Shown: one piece after another, positions 37,895-48,543 of the stretch
How the letters are laid out: every line of letters begins with the position of its first letter
How positions within the stretch are numbered: the stretch's first letter is position 1
NCBI GenBank assembly: GCA_964347045.1
Contig: CAYFXC010000005.1
Location: forward strand, 98,282-162,281
From: an uncultured archaeon
GTDB taxonomy: Archaea > Asgardarchaeota > Hermodarchaeia > Hermodarchaeales > Hermodarchaeaceae
DNA: 64,000 bases
Direction of reading: 5' to 3'
Program-made: the position numbers and the translations under genes
Notes under the pieces: model-generated
The model's input: the letters and a program-made list of their open reading frames with translations, nothing else
Told to the model about the DNA's origin: nothing
Databases searched by the model: none

Positions 37895-38482
37895 ATGACC
37901 AATAAACCAACAAATCAAAAACGTCCAGACTTCAATCTAAATGCAATACTTTCATTAGTTGGGCTCCTTCTTGGATTCCTATTCATTGTTGTGATATACA
38001 TTCTTGAATTCCCCTATGAATTTCAATCAACCTGGGGTATGCCATTAATTATGTTTCTCACCATTTGCTATGCAATTGGGCTTCTCAATATTGGCTACAT
38101 AATTAGTCACGAAATTAATTTCTATTTAGCCAATAAAACGCGCGAGATTGAGTCAAATGAATTATCTTCAGAGAAATATCTTGAATTCAAACAAAATACC
38201 GAGAAAACCTTCAGACGAAGCATTCAAACGTTCTTGTATTTCTTTTTCAGCTTTGGATTATTTTTAATTAATCTCGCTTGTTTTACGGCATCAAAGTTTG
38301 TATATCCTGTAATTGAAATAGTAGAGACATCAATACTCTTAACTTGGGGTCTACTTGGGCTCATTTTCATTCGATTATTGGTCATGTTCCTTGTCCAACT
38401 AATCCTTATTATTCCCTTTTCTATATTCCAAGGTGATTTATGGGATTCTTTCAAAGTTGTTGATAATCTTCAGAGCATTTGA
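37895..38482 (+). CDS. Hypothetical membrane protein (about 4 TM)
   Basis: Hydrophobic segments; AT-rich coding sequence. Confidence 0.7.
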   Translation: MTNKPTNQKRPDFNLNAILSLVGLLLGFLFIVVIYILEFPYEFQSTWGMPLIMFLTICYAIGLLNIGYIISHEINFYLANKTREIESNELSSEKYLEFKQNTEKTFRRSIQTFLYFFFSFGLFLINLACFTASKFVYPVIEIVETSILLTWGLLGLIFIRLLVMFLVQLILIIPFSIFQGDLWDSFKVVDNLQSI

Positions 38483-38531
38483 GAAAACCCTGAAAAATTA
38501 TGCGAAAACCTAAGACAAAAAGGAAAAAATA

Positions 38532-38909
38532 TCACTTTATGTGTGTAGCAAAATTCAGTTTTAGATCCGCTAATCTGGATTTGAGAGCTTCTATTACATC
38601 GGCTTCAATGCGATCACCTAACTGGTTTAGGAGGGCTTCATAGGAATCAATAGCTATTCGTGCTTGGTCAAGATCCTTCTCGATTTCTTGTGTCATCGGA
38701 TTGACAATAAGTCCCATTTTTTGCCAGGCAACTGAATCGAGTATTCGAATGAAAAATGGGATGATATGCCAGACCGGTAGGGCACTAATGTCCACCATCT
38801 GGGGTGTTCCCTCCGCTTCTTGTGAAGGTTCAGAAGCTTCTTCGGGTCCAGATTTGGGTGTTTTAGGTTTCGATTTAATTTTTTTCTTTCCTTTTGCCAA
38901 AATGACCAC
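38532..38909 (-). CDS. DUF1844-like protein
   Basis: AWQKMGLIVNP...KDLDQARIAID...LADLKLNF. Confidence 0.8.
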   Translation of the reverse strand: MVILAKGKKKIKSKPKTPKSGPEEASEPSQEAEGTPQMVDISALPVWHIIPFFIRILDSVAWQKMGLIVNPMTQEIEKDLDQARIAIDSYEALLNQLGDRIEADVIEALKSRLADLKLNFATHIK

Positions 38910-38966
38910 CTTCTCTATTAACCGTTAGGGTTCAAAGGTCTCACGCTAGAAAAGTGTTACTGGGTG

Positions 38967-40121
38967 CTACTCATTACGGATAACTTTAACCATACGCCAT
39001 GTTCGGTAGTCAACAAGAACTCTGATGAATCCACTGAGCATTTTGTCCACATTAAGATCACCGGTATCAACATGTAACCCTCGATCTGCTAAGCTAGCAA
39101 TTTTACTATGAGTTGCAATCACAAGAATTTGTTCAGGTGGGATTCGCCGAATGATATTTGGGCTAATTTGTTGGTTTCCTCTCCCAAACAACATTCCTTG
39201 ATTTCCAATTGGTGAAACTACTATCCATGTGTTTAAGAAATCAGGAATCAATTCTATCAATTGTTGTTCGTTTACATCCAAGTAGACTTTACCAGTTTGG
39301 TAGACATCGACGCCTAGTAAAGTCTTATCAACACCTAACGCATTTGCAAAAGCCCGAACTGTTGAACCTGGACCAAGGATGTAGGTATCACCTTCAACCA
39401 TGTCTTCAATCAAGGTCCTTGCGACAGCCTCCTGATTATCTTGTTCATCAACCGTTGTCGGTGAGGTCATCTTCGATCCTGGCATCCGAGCAGGTATTAG
39501 CGGACCTCGAAGAAAACCATATAATTTCACCGCAAACTCATCCTTTCGAATTGCTTCTTCATCGGCATCCATGATTTCAAAAGATTCTTCGAGGGTATCA
39601 CCTTTTAGCCAGTCTACCACAACTCGAGCAGCCGCTGCTGGTGAGTAGGCAAAGATTCCACTATACATTTTCACACCAGCTGGGACTCCTAGCACCAAAA
39701 TCTTAGAGTCTTCACCAACAGCGTCCTGAATATCTCGGGCAGTTCCATCTCCACCAACAAAGATGAGCAAATCAACCTCACGTTCAACGAAAAGCTCAAC
39801 CGCTTTCTTCGTATCCGCGGCGAATGTCACTTCCTCCAGATCCATTGGTACAACTTCTGGTGTAATTCCCGCTTCAAGCAGCTCGCGAGTTCCCATCGGT
39901 TCAGGGCAAGAGACCCATTCAAGTTTAACAATCGTTGGATACAATCTTTTTAATATCTGCAGAAATAGGGTCGCCCGATTGGATGCGACTGGTTCTGCGC
40001 CTAACCGTTGAGCTTCTTCTGCCATCCCGTCTGTGCCTTTTAGCCCAACTCGACCTCCCATACCCGCTATGGGGTTGATAAGGAAGCCAATACGATGTTG
40101 TAACTCAGGACCAGAGGTCAA
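38967..40121 (-). CDS. ATP-NAD kinase family protein
   Basis: NPIAGMGG, GGDGTARD, GVKMYSG, GRGNQQ. Confidence 0.9.
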   Translation of the reverse strand: MTSGPELQHRIGFLINPIAGMGGRVGLKGTDGMAEEAQRLGAEPVASNRATLFLQILKRLYPTIVKLEWVSCPEPMGTRELLEAGITPEVVPMDLEEVTFAADTKKAVELFVEREVDLLIFVGGDGTARDIQDAVGEDSKILVLGVPAGVKMYSGIFAYSPAAAARVVVDWLKGDTLEESFEIMDADEEAIRKDEFAVKLYGFLRGPLIPARMPGSKMTSPTTVDEQDNQEAVARTLIEDMVEGDTYILGPGSTVRAFANALGVDKTLLGVDVYQTGKVYLDVNEQQLIELIPDFLNTWIVVSPIGNQGMLFGRGNQQISPNIIRRIPPEQILVIATHSKIASLADRGLHVDTGDLNVDKMLSGFIRVLVDYRTWRMVKVIRNE

Positions 40122-40200
40122 AGCTATCCTTTCCCAACCAATCGCGTTCGTAATCTGAAATAACCTTTACTCTCAGATAATAAAATAAAGAATTACTGGT

Positions 40201-40584
40201 TCATTCTTCCACCAATTCTTCGTCTTCTGGCCGCCAATATGGATCAACAATACAGAGAAAAACGATATCTTGGTCACCAGTATTTTCCAAGTATTGAGTG
40301 GCATTGGGAGGAACATAAACTATGGATCCAGCACTAACTTCACATTTTTCATCATCAACGTGCATTATACCAGTTCCTTCGAAGAAATAATAGACCTCCG
40401 AGGCTTTGGTCAGTCGATGTGGTAGTGAGGCGTTTCCTGTAGGTATTAGCGCATGAGCAATACTGTATCGAAGTTTCAAGGTTGGACCATCACGCAAGGG
40501 ATTTAGTACTTCTCGCAGGATGGTTCCATCAAGTGCAGTGATGACATTACAGTCGTTGAGATTTCGTACAAACATAATTAACAC
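40201..40584 (-). CDS. Cupin domain protein
   Basis: PH...EVYY..EG.G.M; VYVPP; NTG. Confidence 0.9.
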   Translation of the reverse strand: MLIMFVRNLNDCNVITALDGTILREVLNPLRDGPTLKLRYSIAHALIPTGNASLPHRLTKASEVYYFFEGTGIMHVDDEKCEVSAGSIVYVPPNATQYLENTGDQDIVFLCIVDPYWRPEDEELVEE

Positions 40585-40720
40585 TTCATCCGCTATTGGT
40601 CTTAGGTTATCTTTTTAATTATGGAAATGAAGACAAATTCCTTAAGGTTTTTTACATCATGTGACGGCATTTAGTTAATATTCAAGTGATATTTCTATTT
40701 CTCAAAGGAGTAACTCAAGC

Positions 40721-41362
40721 ATGACTGAAAAGAAAGATTGGACGCGTGAAGAATTGCAACGAAAATATATTGATACAATGACTGCAGTGACTCTTCCTGT
40801 TCAAATAAAATTCGATGGCACAACACGCATATTCGATTTTAATCAAGCCGGTGCGATTCTAAAGAAGGCAAAAATAATCTCATTGGGGACTTGTTGTTGT
40901 CGTGAGAGAGTCCAAGCCTGTGAAAGCCCGTTGGATGTGTGTATAGGCATTGACAAAGAAGCTGAAATAATAATCCAAAAGGGTCATGGGCGGCTGGTCT
41001 CTCTCAATGAGGCTTTGGATGCGTTACAGCGATCTCATGATGCAGGGCTTGTTCATATCTCCTATACTGATAAAGGCGAATCTGAGCCTTTCATTATCTG
41101 TAGTTGTTGTGCATGCTGTTGTCATTCCTTGGCTGGCTTAATGCGGTTTGATTTTCCAGAAGCGGTTGTCGAATCTGATTTTATTGCCTTCCAAGATGAA
41201 CAAACTTGTGATCATTGTGGGAGTTGCATAGATCGGTGTCATTTTCAAGCCCGAAGTATGGAGAACGGGTCTCTTAAATATGATTCTTCGAAATGTTTTG
41301 GCTGTGGAGTTTGTGTAGGCACTTGCCCTATTGAAGCAATCTCAATGGTTAAACGATTTTAG
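40721..41362 (+). CDS. 4Fe-4S dicluster ferredoxin domain protein
   Basis: CCCR, ICSCCACCC, CDHCGSCIDRC, CFGCGVCVGTCP. Confidence 0.9.
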   Translation: MTEKKDWTREELQRKYIDTMTAVTLPVQIKFDGTTRIFDFNQAGAILKKAKIISLGTCCCRERVQACESPLDVCIGIDKEAEIIIQKGHGRLVSLNEALDALQRSHDAGLVHISYTDKGESEPFIICSCCACCCHSLAGLMRFDFPEAVVESDFIAFQDEQTCDHCGSCIDRCHFQARSMENGSLKYDSSKCFGCGVCVGTCPIEAISMVKRF

Positions 41363-41429
41363 ATAAAATCACAGAAAGCTTAAAGCCCGTTTAAGAGAGG
41401 CGAGGTCTAGAATTGTTGAGGTAAGTGTC

Positions 41430-41978
41430 TTGGGTATAGCTGAAGCTGAAATGGTTCTCCGAGAAATTGAGGCATCAAATAACCATTACATCATCGGACC
41501 TAAACGGGGGCATATCCTAGTACGAATTGCTAGTGAATTCCATCCTCAACGCATTCTTGAAATTGGCACAAATGTTGGATATTCCACTATTCTGATGGCG
41601 AAGGAACTTCCCAAACGGGCACGAATTACAACAATTGAAATCAATCCTGAATTTGCTGCAAGAGCAAAAGAAAATCTCAAACGTTCAAATGTCGAACCCA
41701 CTGTTGAAGTTTTAATTGGTGATGCCCTTGAAATCATTCCTACCTTAAATGATGAATATGATTTCGTGTTCATTGATGCTCACAAAACTCAATACTATGA
41801 TTACATACTAGCGATCGAACCACATCTTTTTCGGGGGAGTATGATTATTGCTGATAATGTGGGCAAAAGTGAAGATAGAATGCAAGATTACCTTAAACAC
41901 GTTCGTGAATCTGGTCTTTACACCAGTCGCTTCATCATGGTCGACGATGATGGCGTCGAACTAAGTATCCGCCGATAA
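41430..41978 (+). CDS. O-methyltransferase (CCoAOMT/TrmR-like)
   Basis: LEIGTNVGYS, FVFIDA.K, IADN. Confidence 0.9.
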   Translation: MGIAEAEMVLREIEASNNHYIIGPKRGHILVRIASEFHPQRILEIGTNVGYSTILMAKELPKRARITTIEINPEFAARAKENLKRSNVEPTVEVLIGDALEIIPTLNDEYDFVFIDAHKTQYYDYILAIEPHLFRGSMIIADNVGKSEDRMQDYLKHVRESGLYTSRFIMVDDDGVELSIRR

Positions 41979-42077
41979 AGTGAGTCCGCTGAGTAATTTT
42001 CCTTTTTATTATGCAACGCAAAAAGACAAATAGCACTCAACATCAACACCTTTTATCGGTACACAGAGCTGTTAGTC

Positions 42078-43145
42078 ATGGAAGCGTTTTTGAAGAAAAA
42101 ACCTGGACCCGGCGTTGAACGAGGAACAGTGGATAAACCTACTATTAGTGACACCGAAGTCTTGGTCGAGGTGAAAGGAGCCGCAATCTGTGGAACTGAT
42201 ATTCACATTTATCTATGGGATGAGTGGGCCGCAAACCGCATAAAGCCTCCATTAATTGTTGGCCATGAAATGTCCGGCAAGGTGGTTGAAGTTGGAAAAG
42301 ATGTTAATCATATTATTGTTGGTAATATGGTGTCTGCAGAAACCCATATAGTTGACCAAACTTGTTTACAGTGCCTTACAGGGCGTAAACATGTTTGCCA
42401 AAACATGAAGATTCTCGGTGTCGACCGCGATGGTATATTCGCTGAGTATGTGGCCATCCCAGCTCATAATGCTTGGAAAAACGATTCAGATTTAGATCCA
42501 ATAATTGGTGCAATTCAAGAACCCCTAGGAAATGCTGTGCAAACCTTACTTCCGATTAATAATGTAGAAGATATCGCAGGACGCAATATTGCCGTTATTG
42601 GAATGGGTCCCATTGGACTCATGGCAGTTGCGGTTGCTAAGGAACTGGGTGCTGACAAAGTTTTTGCCACTGCTGGAGGACGGAATAAGACCCGCATGGA
42701 ACTCGCTCGAACCATGGGTGCAGATGAAGTCTTCAGCGCTCGCGAACTGGATCGAGACGCCATAGTGAAAGCTATTCAAGATTCTACAGATGGCAATGGA
42801 GTTGATGTCGCCATCGAGATGAGCGGTCATCCAGATGGGTTAGTAACTGCTTTTGAAGCATTAACCCTTGGTGGGCGTGTAAGTCTACTTGGTTTATTTC
42901 CTCAGCCCTTTGAGGTTGACCTCAACCGTCTCATGATTTTCAAAGCGGCAACAGTCTATGGTGTGAGCGGACGGCTCATGTATCGCACATGGTTCCAAGT
43001 TCGAGGGCTCCTTCGCCGCCCAAAGCTTCGCGAAAAAATCGCAAAGGTAGTTACACACCGATTGCCAATTAAAGAACTTGAACAAGGATATAAGCTCATT
43101 CTCTCTAAAAAAGCTGCAAAAGTAGGTCTAACACCCCAGTGGTAA
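42078..43145 (+). CDS. tdh: L-threonine 3-dehydrogenase
   Basis: ICGTD.HIY.WDEWA, GHE, SAETH, QEPLGNAV, EMSG. Confidence 0.92.
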   Translation: MEAFLKKKPGPGVERGTVDKPTISDTEVLVEVKGAAICGTDIHIYLWDEWAANRIKPPLIVGHEMSGKVVEVGKDVNHIIVGNMVSAETHIVDQTCLQCLTGRKHVCQNMKILGVDRDGIFAEYVAIPAHNAWKNDSDLDPIIGAIQEPLGNAVQTLLPINNVEDIAGRNIAVIGMGPIGLMAVAVAKELGADKVFATAGGRNKTRMELARTMGADEVFSARELDRDAIVKAIQDSTDGNGVDVAIEMSGHPDGLVTAFEALTLGGRVSLLGLFPQPFEVDLNRLMIFKAATVYGVSGRLMYRTWFQVRGLLRRPKLREKIAKVVTHRLPIKELEQGYKLILSKKAAKVGLTPQW

Positions 43146-43240
43146 TTGTCCTCCATTGTTTCCTTATTATTTTGTATAACAAGTGCGAAATTGGCCTAAC
43201 TAATTATGAAGCGTTCAAGCAAATTAATACTGCCAAAAAA

Positions 43241-44050
43241 TCATTTGAAGGTGATGAAATGCAGCTGTGCATCGATTTGAATCGGTTCAATATCATTAAT
43301 GTCCTTAAACTGGGTTGTGGCTGCAGCACGAACCTCTTGCATGATTTGTCGGTGAATTACATCTGGAAGATTACGCCACATTGATGAAAAGACTCGACGC
43401 TCAAGATATGAAATGGTAAGATGGAGAGGAACTTCAATAGTTGTTTGATAATAATGAGTTTCAACAGCAGCGTCTCGTGATTTGAGTTCAACGACCACCT
43501 CATTTGGACCTACTCCAAAAGTAGAAGATGAATATCCGAGCTCTTCACGTCGTTCCCGATAGAGTAGATTCAGAAATGATTGGGAAGTTATTGATTCTAC
43601 GTAACCGGTGATGATTGTGCCCTCAGACGCAAGAACATGAATCGTTTCTGTTAATGCCTCTTGCCAATCTGAAATCAGATGGAACAAATGAATGGCTAGA
43701 ATAGTCTGAAAGATGCCATGATTCAGTGGAATAGCCACCGCATCTCCTAAAGCTAAATTTGATCGAAGAAATTTCGTTGAAAGCTGATTGGAATAAGCTT
43801 TCCTGAGCATTCCCTGTGAAACATCAATCCCTACAACGGGAATTTTCCGGGTCGCTAACGCACGGAGAAAGCGCCCAGCGCCACACCCTAGTTCCAAGAC
43901 AAGATTTTCTGGCTTCAAATCACAGGTATGGATAATATCATCAATGAGCTCTTTCATGAACGCTTCTGGAATATAGCGTGTAGTTTCATAGTCCTCTGCA
44001 ATATGTCCAAAATCAACACGTGAGGAGGGGTTTCTAGGAGGATTACTCAT
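43241..44050 (-). CDS. Class I SAM-dependent methyltransferase
   Basis: VLELGCGAG, GIDVSQGML, HLFHL. Confidence 0.9.
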   Translation of the reverse strand: MSNPPRNPSSRVDFGHIAEDYETTRYIPEAFMKELIDDIIHTCDLKPENLVLELGCGAGRFLRALATRKIPVVGIDVSQGMLRKAYSNQLSTKFLRSNLALGDAVAIPLNHGIFQTILAIHLFHLISDWQEALTETIHVLASEGTIITGYVESITSQSFLNLLYRERREELGYSSSTFGVGPNEVVVELKSRDAAVETHYYQTTIEVPLHLTISYLERRVFSSMWRNLPDVIHRQIMQEVRAAATTQFKDINDIEPIQIDAQLHFITFK

Positions 44051-44169
44051 AGTGGTCTAGAACTGAACATGTCTCTTTAGTCTAATGCCTTATGATACCA
44101 AGCTTTTATTTTTCTGAGTTGTTGTCGTCTTCATTAATGATTGAAGACTTGGAATTGATTTGTATCGTT

Positions 44170-44535
44170 TCAAAGATTTGACAATAGCTGGCTAGCATCT
44201 CCGATGTCTGAAATCGCCTTGCCGTTTATTACAAAAAGGGGAGTTTGGGTTTTTCCCTTTATTAATAACTTCAACCGCTCTAATACGCTGGACCCAATAT
44301 CAACGATTTTCACCCTAATATTATATTTCTGTGAAATTTCTTCAATAATGAGTAGGGCTTTTTGATCTTCGGTTGAAAAGAATTTCCCCGAAGAGCTGGC
44401 AATTTTTGATTTGAGAGAATCTAAATCTGCTCGAGTATGGCAACTACTTGTTGAGCCCATTCGATCGATCATTGGCTGAGATGAAGTCTGATTCGACCGA
44501 ATATACAACACGATATTGATAGCATTAAATGACAT
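44170..44535 (-). CDS. Hypothetical glutaredoxin-fold-like protein lacking CxxC
   Basis: VKIVDI...TPLFVINGK cis-Pro motif. Confidence 0.55.
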   Translation of the reverse strand: MSFNAINIVLYIRSNQTSSQPMIDRMGSTSSCHTRADLDSLKSKIASSSGKFFSTEDQKALLIIEEISQKYNIRVKIVDIGSSVLERLKLLIKGKTQTPLFVINGKAISDIGDASQLLSNL

Positions 44536-44723
44536 AGAAACTATCTCAACTCGCCCTCAGAAAAAGGTGAATAAGAATACATGGGTATCGGCAGGTTCGT
44601 TTTTTAGTATTTTGAAAGCGTTTTATTCAATCTTGATAAACTGATGGGTTTTCATTTTTCCTTTCGAATAGTTCATGGAACTCTGAAACAATTTAAAAGC
44701 TCCAAAGTAGAGTTGCACACAAG

Positions 44724-45932
44724 GTGAGTTCTGCTATGACTCGCGATCCAATAGCCTTCCTTAAAGATGAGTTCGAGGAGCTTGTTAAACAAGCCCTAGA
44801 CTGGAGGCTCCGCGAACTTCAGGGTCCCAGTTCCCCACGAGCAATGGTAGATAACAAAGAAGTAATCATGTTATGCAGTAACAATTACCTCGGGTTGAGT
44901 AACCATCCCCATCTCAAACAAGCAGCCATCGATGCAATAAAAACCCATGGCGTTGGTAGTGGCAGTGTTCGCCCCATTGCGGGCAACATGGACCTCCATG
45001 AGGAACTTGAACGTCGCCTCGCTCAGTTCAAAGGCGCTGAGGCTAGCCTCGTTTACCAAACTGGATTTGCAGCTAACGCAGGCCTCATTCCACAACTTGC
45101 AGGGAAGGATGACCTAATAATCAGCGATGAACTAAATCATGGCTCCATCATCGATGGAGTACGGCTAACTCGCGCCGAGCGTGCCATTTTCAAACACGCC
45201 GATGTTCCTGATCTCGGAAGAGTGCTTGATGAAGCTAAAAAGCGCAAACCTGCTTATCGGCGCATTCTCATCATTACGGATGGAGTCTTCAGTATGGATG
45301 GTGATATAGCGCCTTTAGATCAGATTGTTAAAATTAGTAAACCTCATGGTGCCATGATCTATGTTGATGACGCCCATGGTGAAGCTGTACTTGGCAAGGA
45401 TGGTCGAGGTATTGTTTCTCACTTCAACCTGACTCATCAAGATGTTCATGTTGAAATGGGCACATTCAGCAAAGCCTTTGGTGTTGTTGGGGGTCATGTT
45501 TCGGGAAGTGAGTATCTTCGAAAGTTCGCCTATAATAAATCCCGCACTTGGCTCCTCAGTGGCTCACATCCTCCACCAGTCGCAGCGGCATGTATTGCGG
45601 CAATCGACATTCTTGAAAATGAACCACAACATGTTAAGAACCTCTGGAAAAATACAGATTATTTCAAAAAAGCTCTTCTTGATCTTGGGTTTAATACTGG
45701 AATGAGTGAGACACCAATAACACCTGTCATCATAGGTGAGAGCGACAAAGCACAGAAATTTAGCCTTCGCCTCTTTGAAGAAGGTGTCTTTGCCCTTCCA
45801 ATTGTATACCCGATGGTCGCCCAAGGTACCGCACGAATCCGCACCATGATGAATGCAGCACTGAAAATGGAAGACCTCAACGATGCCATCACAGCATTCG
45901 ATAAAGTAGGGAAAGAACTTAACGTAATTTAG
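44724..45932 (+). CDS. kbl: 2-amino-3-ketobutyrate CoA ligase (glycine C-acetyltransferase)
   Basis: CSNNYLGL, LNHGSIIDG, DGVFSMDG, DDAH, GTFSKA; near tdh. Confidence 0.9.
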   Translation: MSSAMTRDPIAFLKDEFEELVKQALDWRLRELQGPSSPRAMVDNKEVIMLCSNNYLGLSNHPHLKQAAIDAIKTHGVGSGSVRPIAGNMDLHEELERRLAQFKGAEASLVYQTGFAANAGLIPQLAGKDDLIISDELNHGSIIDGVRLTRAERAIFKHADVPDLGRVLDEAKKRKPAYRRILIITDGVFSMDGDIAPLDQIVKISKPHGAMIYVDDAHGEAVLGKDGRGIVSHFNLTHQDVHVEMGTFSKAFGVVGGHVSGSEYLRKFAYNKSRTWLLSGSHPPPVAAACIAAIDILENEPQHVKNLWKNTDYFKKALLDLGFNTGMSETPITPVIIGESDKAQKFSLRLFEEGVFALPIVYPMVAQGTARIRTMMNAALKMEDLNDAITAFDKVGKELNVI

Positions 45933-46092
45933 ATGCCTTCATCCTCGAAAGCATGCTTCAAATAATTCTATTCTAGTAGCAAGTCTCTTTCGAGTTTACG
46001 GGAAGATTAAAAACATATATTCGGTCCAATCTAGATAAGCAACTGTGAACTTCAGATGGCTAACAACTGGGCTTGTTTGTGTGGAATGAAAC

Positions 46093-46698
46093 TTGGCTGA
46101 TTTTAAAAAGTATCATATTCAACGTGGTCATGTCCTACGGGTTCCTGATGATATGACCAATGATTTTGGGGATGGAGACTGCTATCTCGTTGATACAGGA
46201 TCCATCATTTATCTTTGGTGTGGCAGCAAAGCCACAGTGGATGAACGTTTCATTGGAGCGGTAACCTCTGTTTGGCGTGATCAAGACCGAGAAGGGGTAG
46301 CTCGCCTCATCACAATCGAAGCTCGTAGCGAACCACCCGAATTTCTTGCCCTATTTGGGGGCAAAATCACAATAACTGATCAAGATACTGAAAGCATACT
46401 AAAGGAGGTCATCTTAGAAAAACATGAGTTCAAACTTTTCCGCCTTAATATCGTTGGCGGTGTACATTTATTCATTGAGGTTCCAAGATCAAAAGAGAGC
46501 TTAAAATCTGATGATGTGTTTATTCTAGATACCTTTGATAAGATCTACATTTGGCGTGGCAATTCTTCGTCAGGACGAGAAAAATTTCATGCAATGCTGA
46601 TTGCTAGAAGATACGATTACGAGCGGGCGGGTGCTCAGAATATACTTCTTGTGGAAGATGGTGAGGAAACAAAAGAGTTTCTTCAAGCCCTCCAATGA
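46093..46698 (+). CDS. Two-domain gelsolin-like protein
   Basis: GDCYLVDTG..IYLWCGS and LKSDDVFILDT..IYIWRG..S..EK; EPPEF and ETKEF. Confidence 0.9.
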   Translation: MADFKKYHIQRGHVLRVPDDMTNDFGDGDCYLVDTGSIIYLWCGSKATVDERFIGAVTSVWRDQDREGVARLITIEARSEPPEFLALFGGKITITDQDTESILKEVILEKHEFKLFRLNIVGGVHLFIEVPRSKESLKSDDVFILDTFDKIYIWRGNSSSGREKFHAMLIARRYDYERAGAQNILLVEDGEETKEFLQALQ

Positions 46699-46739
46699 TA
46701 TTCCTATGAAGAATTGATAAGTCTTGGTTTAGAGCCAAA

Positions 46740-47100
46740 TTTTTTCTAATATTATAAAGAATTGTTTACTGGAACTAATGCGCGAAAGAATATAAATATA
46801 TTAAATATAATAAAAAATTGGGTTTATATCAATTTATTATGACAAATTAAAATCAAATTTTTAATAATGATTGATTATAAGAATCTAAATTCCTATTACC
46901 TTAAAGGATATTCGGTAATTCTTATCGCGTTAAATAAATAAGAATCTAATTTTTATTAGTAAAAGATAATAAAAAATTAATCAACATTCAACAAAAAAAT
47001 TAGGATAACATTAGTAATTATTACGGTTTAAACAATTTTTCATTTAATACTTACAGTTATTACATAGGGATTTTTATGGAACAATTTTGTAAATCTTAAT
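46740..47100. other. Very AT-rich non-coding tract with direct repeat ATAAGAATCTAA (46877, 46938)
   Basis: Visibly about 80% AT; 12-bp direct repeat spaced 61 bp, each copy followed by TATTA. Confidence 0.6.
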
Positions 47101-47103
47101 TCG

Positions 47104-47538
47104 TTGGACATTCTTTGGAAGGATTCTATGGTTACACAAACAGCTCAACTTGAAGGATTTGTTGCAGACGTTCTCATCCCGCGTATTGACGAGGTAGTAG
47201 AAGCTGCATCGAATGGTCTTGATGATGAGCAGCTTCGTGAACTATTTTGTGCCAATATTTACAATGGCCTAAAATTTTTTTATGAACGTTGGACGCCTGT
47301 CTATCTCTCAATTCATGGACAGAAAAAAACAACTCACGCAAACAAAACCCTCGATAAGCTATTTCAGGATGTAATTAATGTTCCTGGTAAACAACTTAGG
47401 GAATCATTAGTAAAAGCGATCTGGTACATTCTATCCATCAGCCTTGAAGATATGGACAATGTACCTGTTTTTTCTGATGAGCTCACCTTTTCCGAACTAC
47501 AAACGGCTATCAAGAATGCAACACGACGAATCTCCTAA
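47104..47538 (+). CDS. Hypothetical helical protein
   Basis: 144-aa ORF; likely start ATG 47128. Confidence 0.65.
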   Translation: MDILWKDSMVTQTAQLEGFVADVLIPRIDEVVEAASNGLDDEQLRELFCANIYNGLKFFYERWTPVYLSIHGQKKTTHANKTLDKLFQDVINVPGKQLRESLVKAIWYILSISLEDMDNVPVFSDELTFSELQTAIKNATRRIS

Positions 47539-47636
47539 AAACAGAACCAAATCCGCGAGATTTTTCATTTATATCACCAATAAACTTTTTACGCTAGCCT
47601 GCATGTCATCAACGCGGTATTTGGAGTCGGTCAGTT

Positions 47637-48518
47637 ATGAGTTTTCTTTGTGCTAAAGAATGGACAGATCCAAAGATAGCCCGGATTCTGGTGCCGCTTC
47701 AAGGTTTTCCTGCTGAAGTCAATAGTATCCAATTGGCTTTTAACTTAGCAGAAAAATCAGAAGCCAAAGTTTTACTTCTACATTGTCAAGAAAGGATTCG
47801 TAGATCGAGGTTACAAATGGTTGACCGATTAATCAGGTTTTCTAAACGTCTATCAAAGTCGCTCAAAGTCCAGTTTGACGAAGAACGAGTAAAACGAGTA
47901 CGGGCTTCCGATGCAATTCTTAAATCAAGCCAACAGGAAGATTGCGATCTCATCATCATGTCAGCCGCCCATACTCCCGTTCATAAACGGCTTTTAGGCT
48001 CCACTGCTCGAAGGGTCACGCGGAAAAGCGACATCCCAGTCATCATCGTTGCATCATGGCTCGAAGATTTTGCGATAGATCACAAAACGACTCTCAACAA
48101 GATTTTGTTACCCATTCGAAGTACAAGCAAAGATCAGGTTGCCCTTCGGCTAGCTGCTGCTTTGAAGGCCTGTTCAGCTGCAAAAAGTGCGGAACTAATT
48201 GCATTGAACCTAACTACTTTTCCATCTGTTAAGAATTCGACTCCCTTAGGTGCACCAGAAATTAAATTACATCGTGAATTGTTTATGGATGATATCTCGA
48301 TTTTCTCCGAGCAGACCGGTCTCACACTCACACCAAGACATTTGGCAACACAGAACGTTGGAGAAGCGGCGATAGAGTTTGCGACAAAGGAGAAGATAGA
48401 TCTCATTCTTTTAGGCGCTCATCGCAAACCAGGTCGAATTAGAAGTTTTTTAGGTACGGTATCAAAAGAGATTGCTTCGAAATCATCATCACCTGTAGTT
48501 ATTACGTATGTCCCCTAA
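47637..48518 (+). CDS. Tandem universal stress protein (USP)
   Basis: RILVPL, DLIIM..LLGSTARRV, DLILLG..FLGTVS.EI. Confidence 0.9.
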   Translation: MSFLCAKEWTDPKIARILVPLQGFPAEVNSIQLAFNLAEKSEAKVLLLHCQERIRRSRLQMVDRLIRFSKRLSKSLKVQFDEERVKRVRASDAILKSSQQEDCDLIIMSAAHTPVHKRLLGSTARRVTRKSDIPVIIVASWLEDFAIDHKTTLNKILLPIRSTSKDQVALRLAAALKACSAAKSAELIALNLTTFPSVKNSTPLGAPEIKLHRELFMDDISIFSEQTGLTLTPRHLATQNVGEAAIEFATKEKIDLILLGAHRKPGRIRSFLGTVSKEIASKSSSPVVITYVP

Positions 48519-48543
48519 TTAGCAATCATCTATAGTGACTTTG

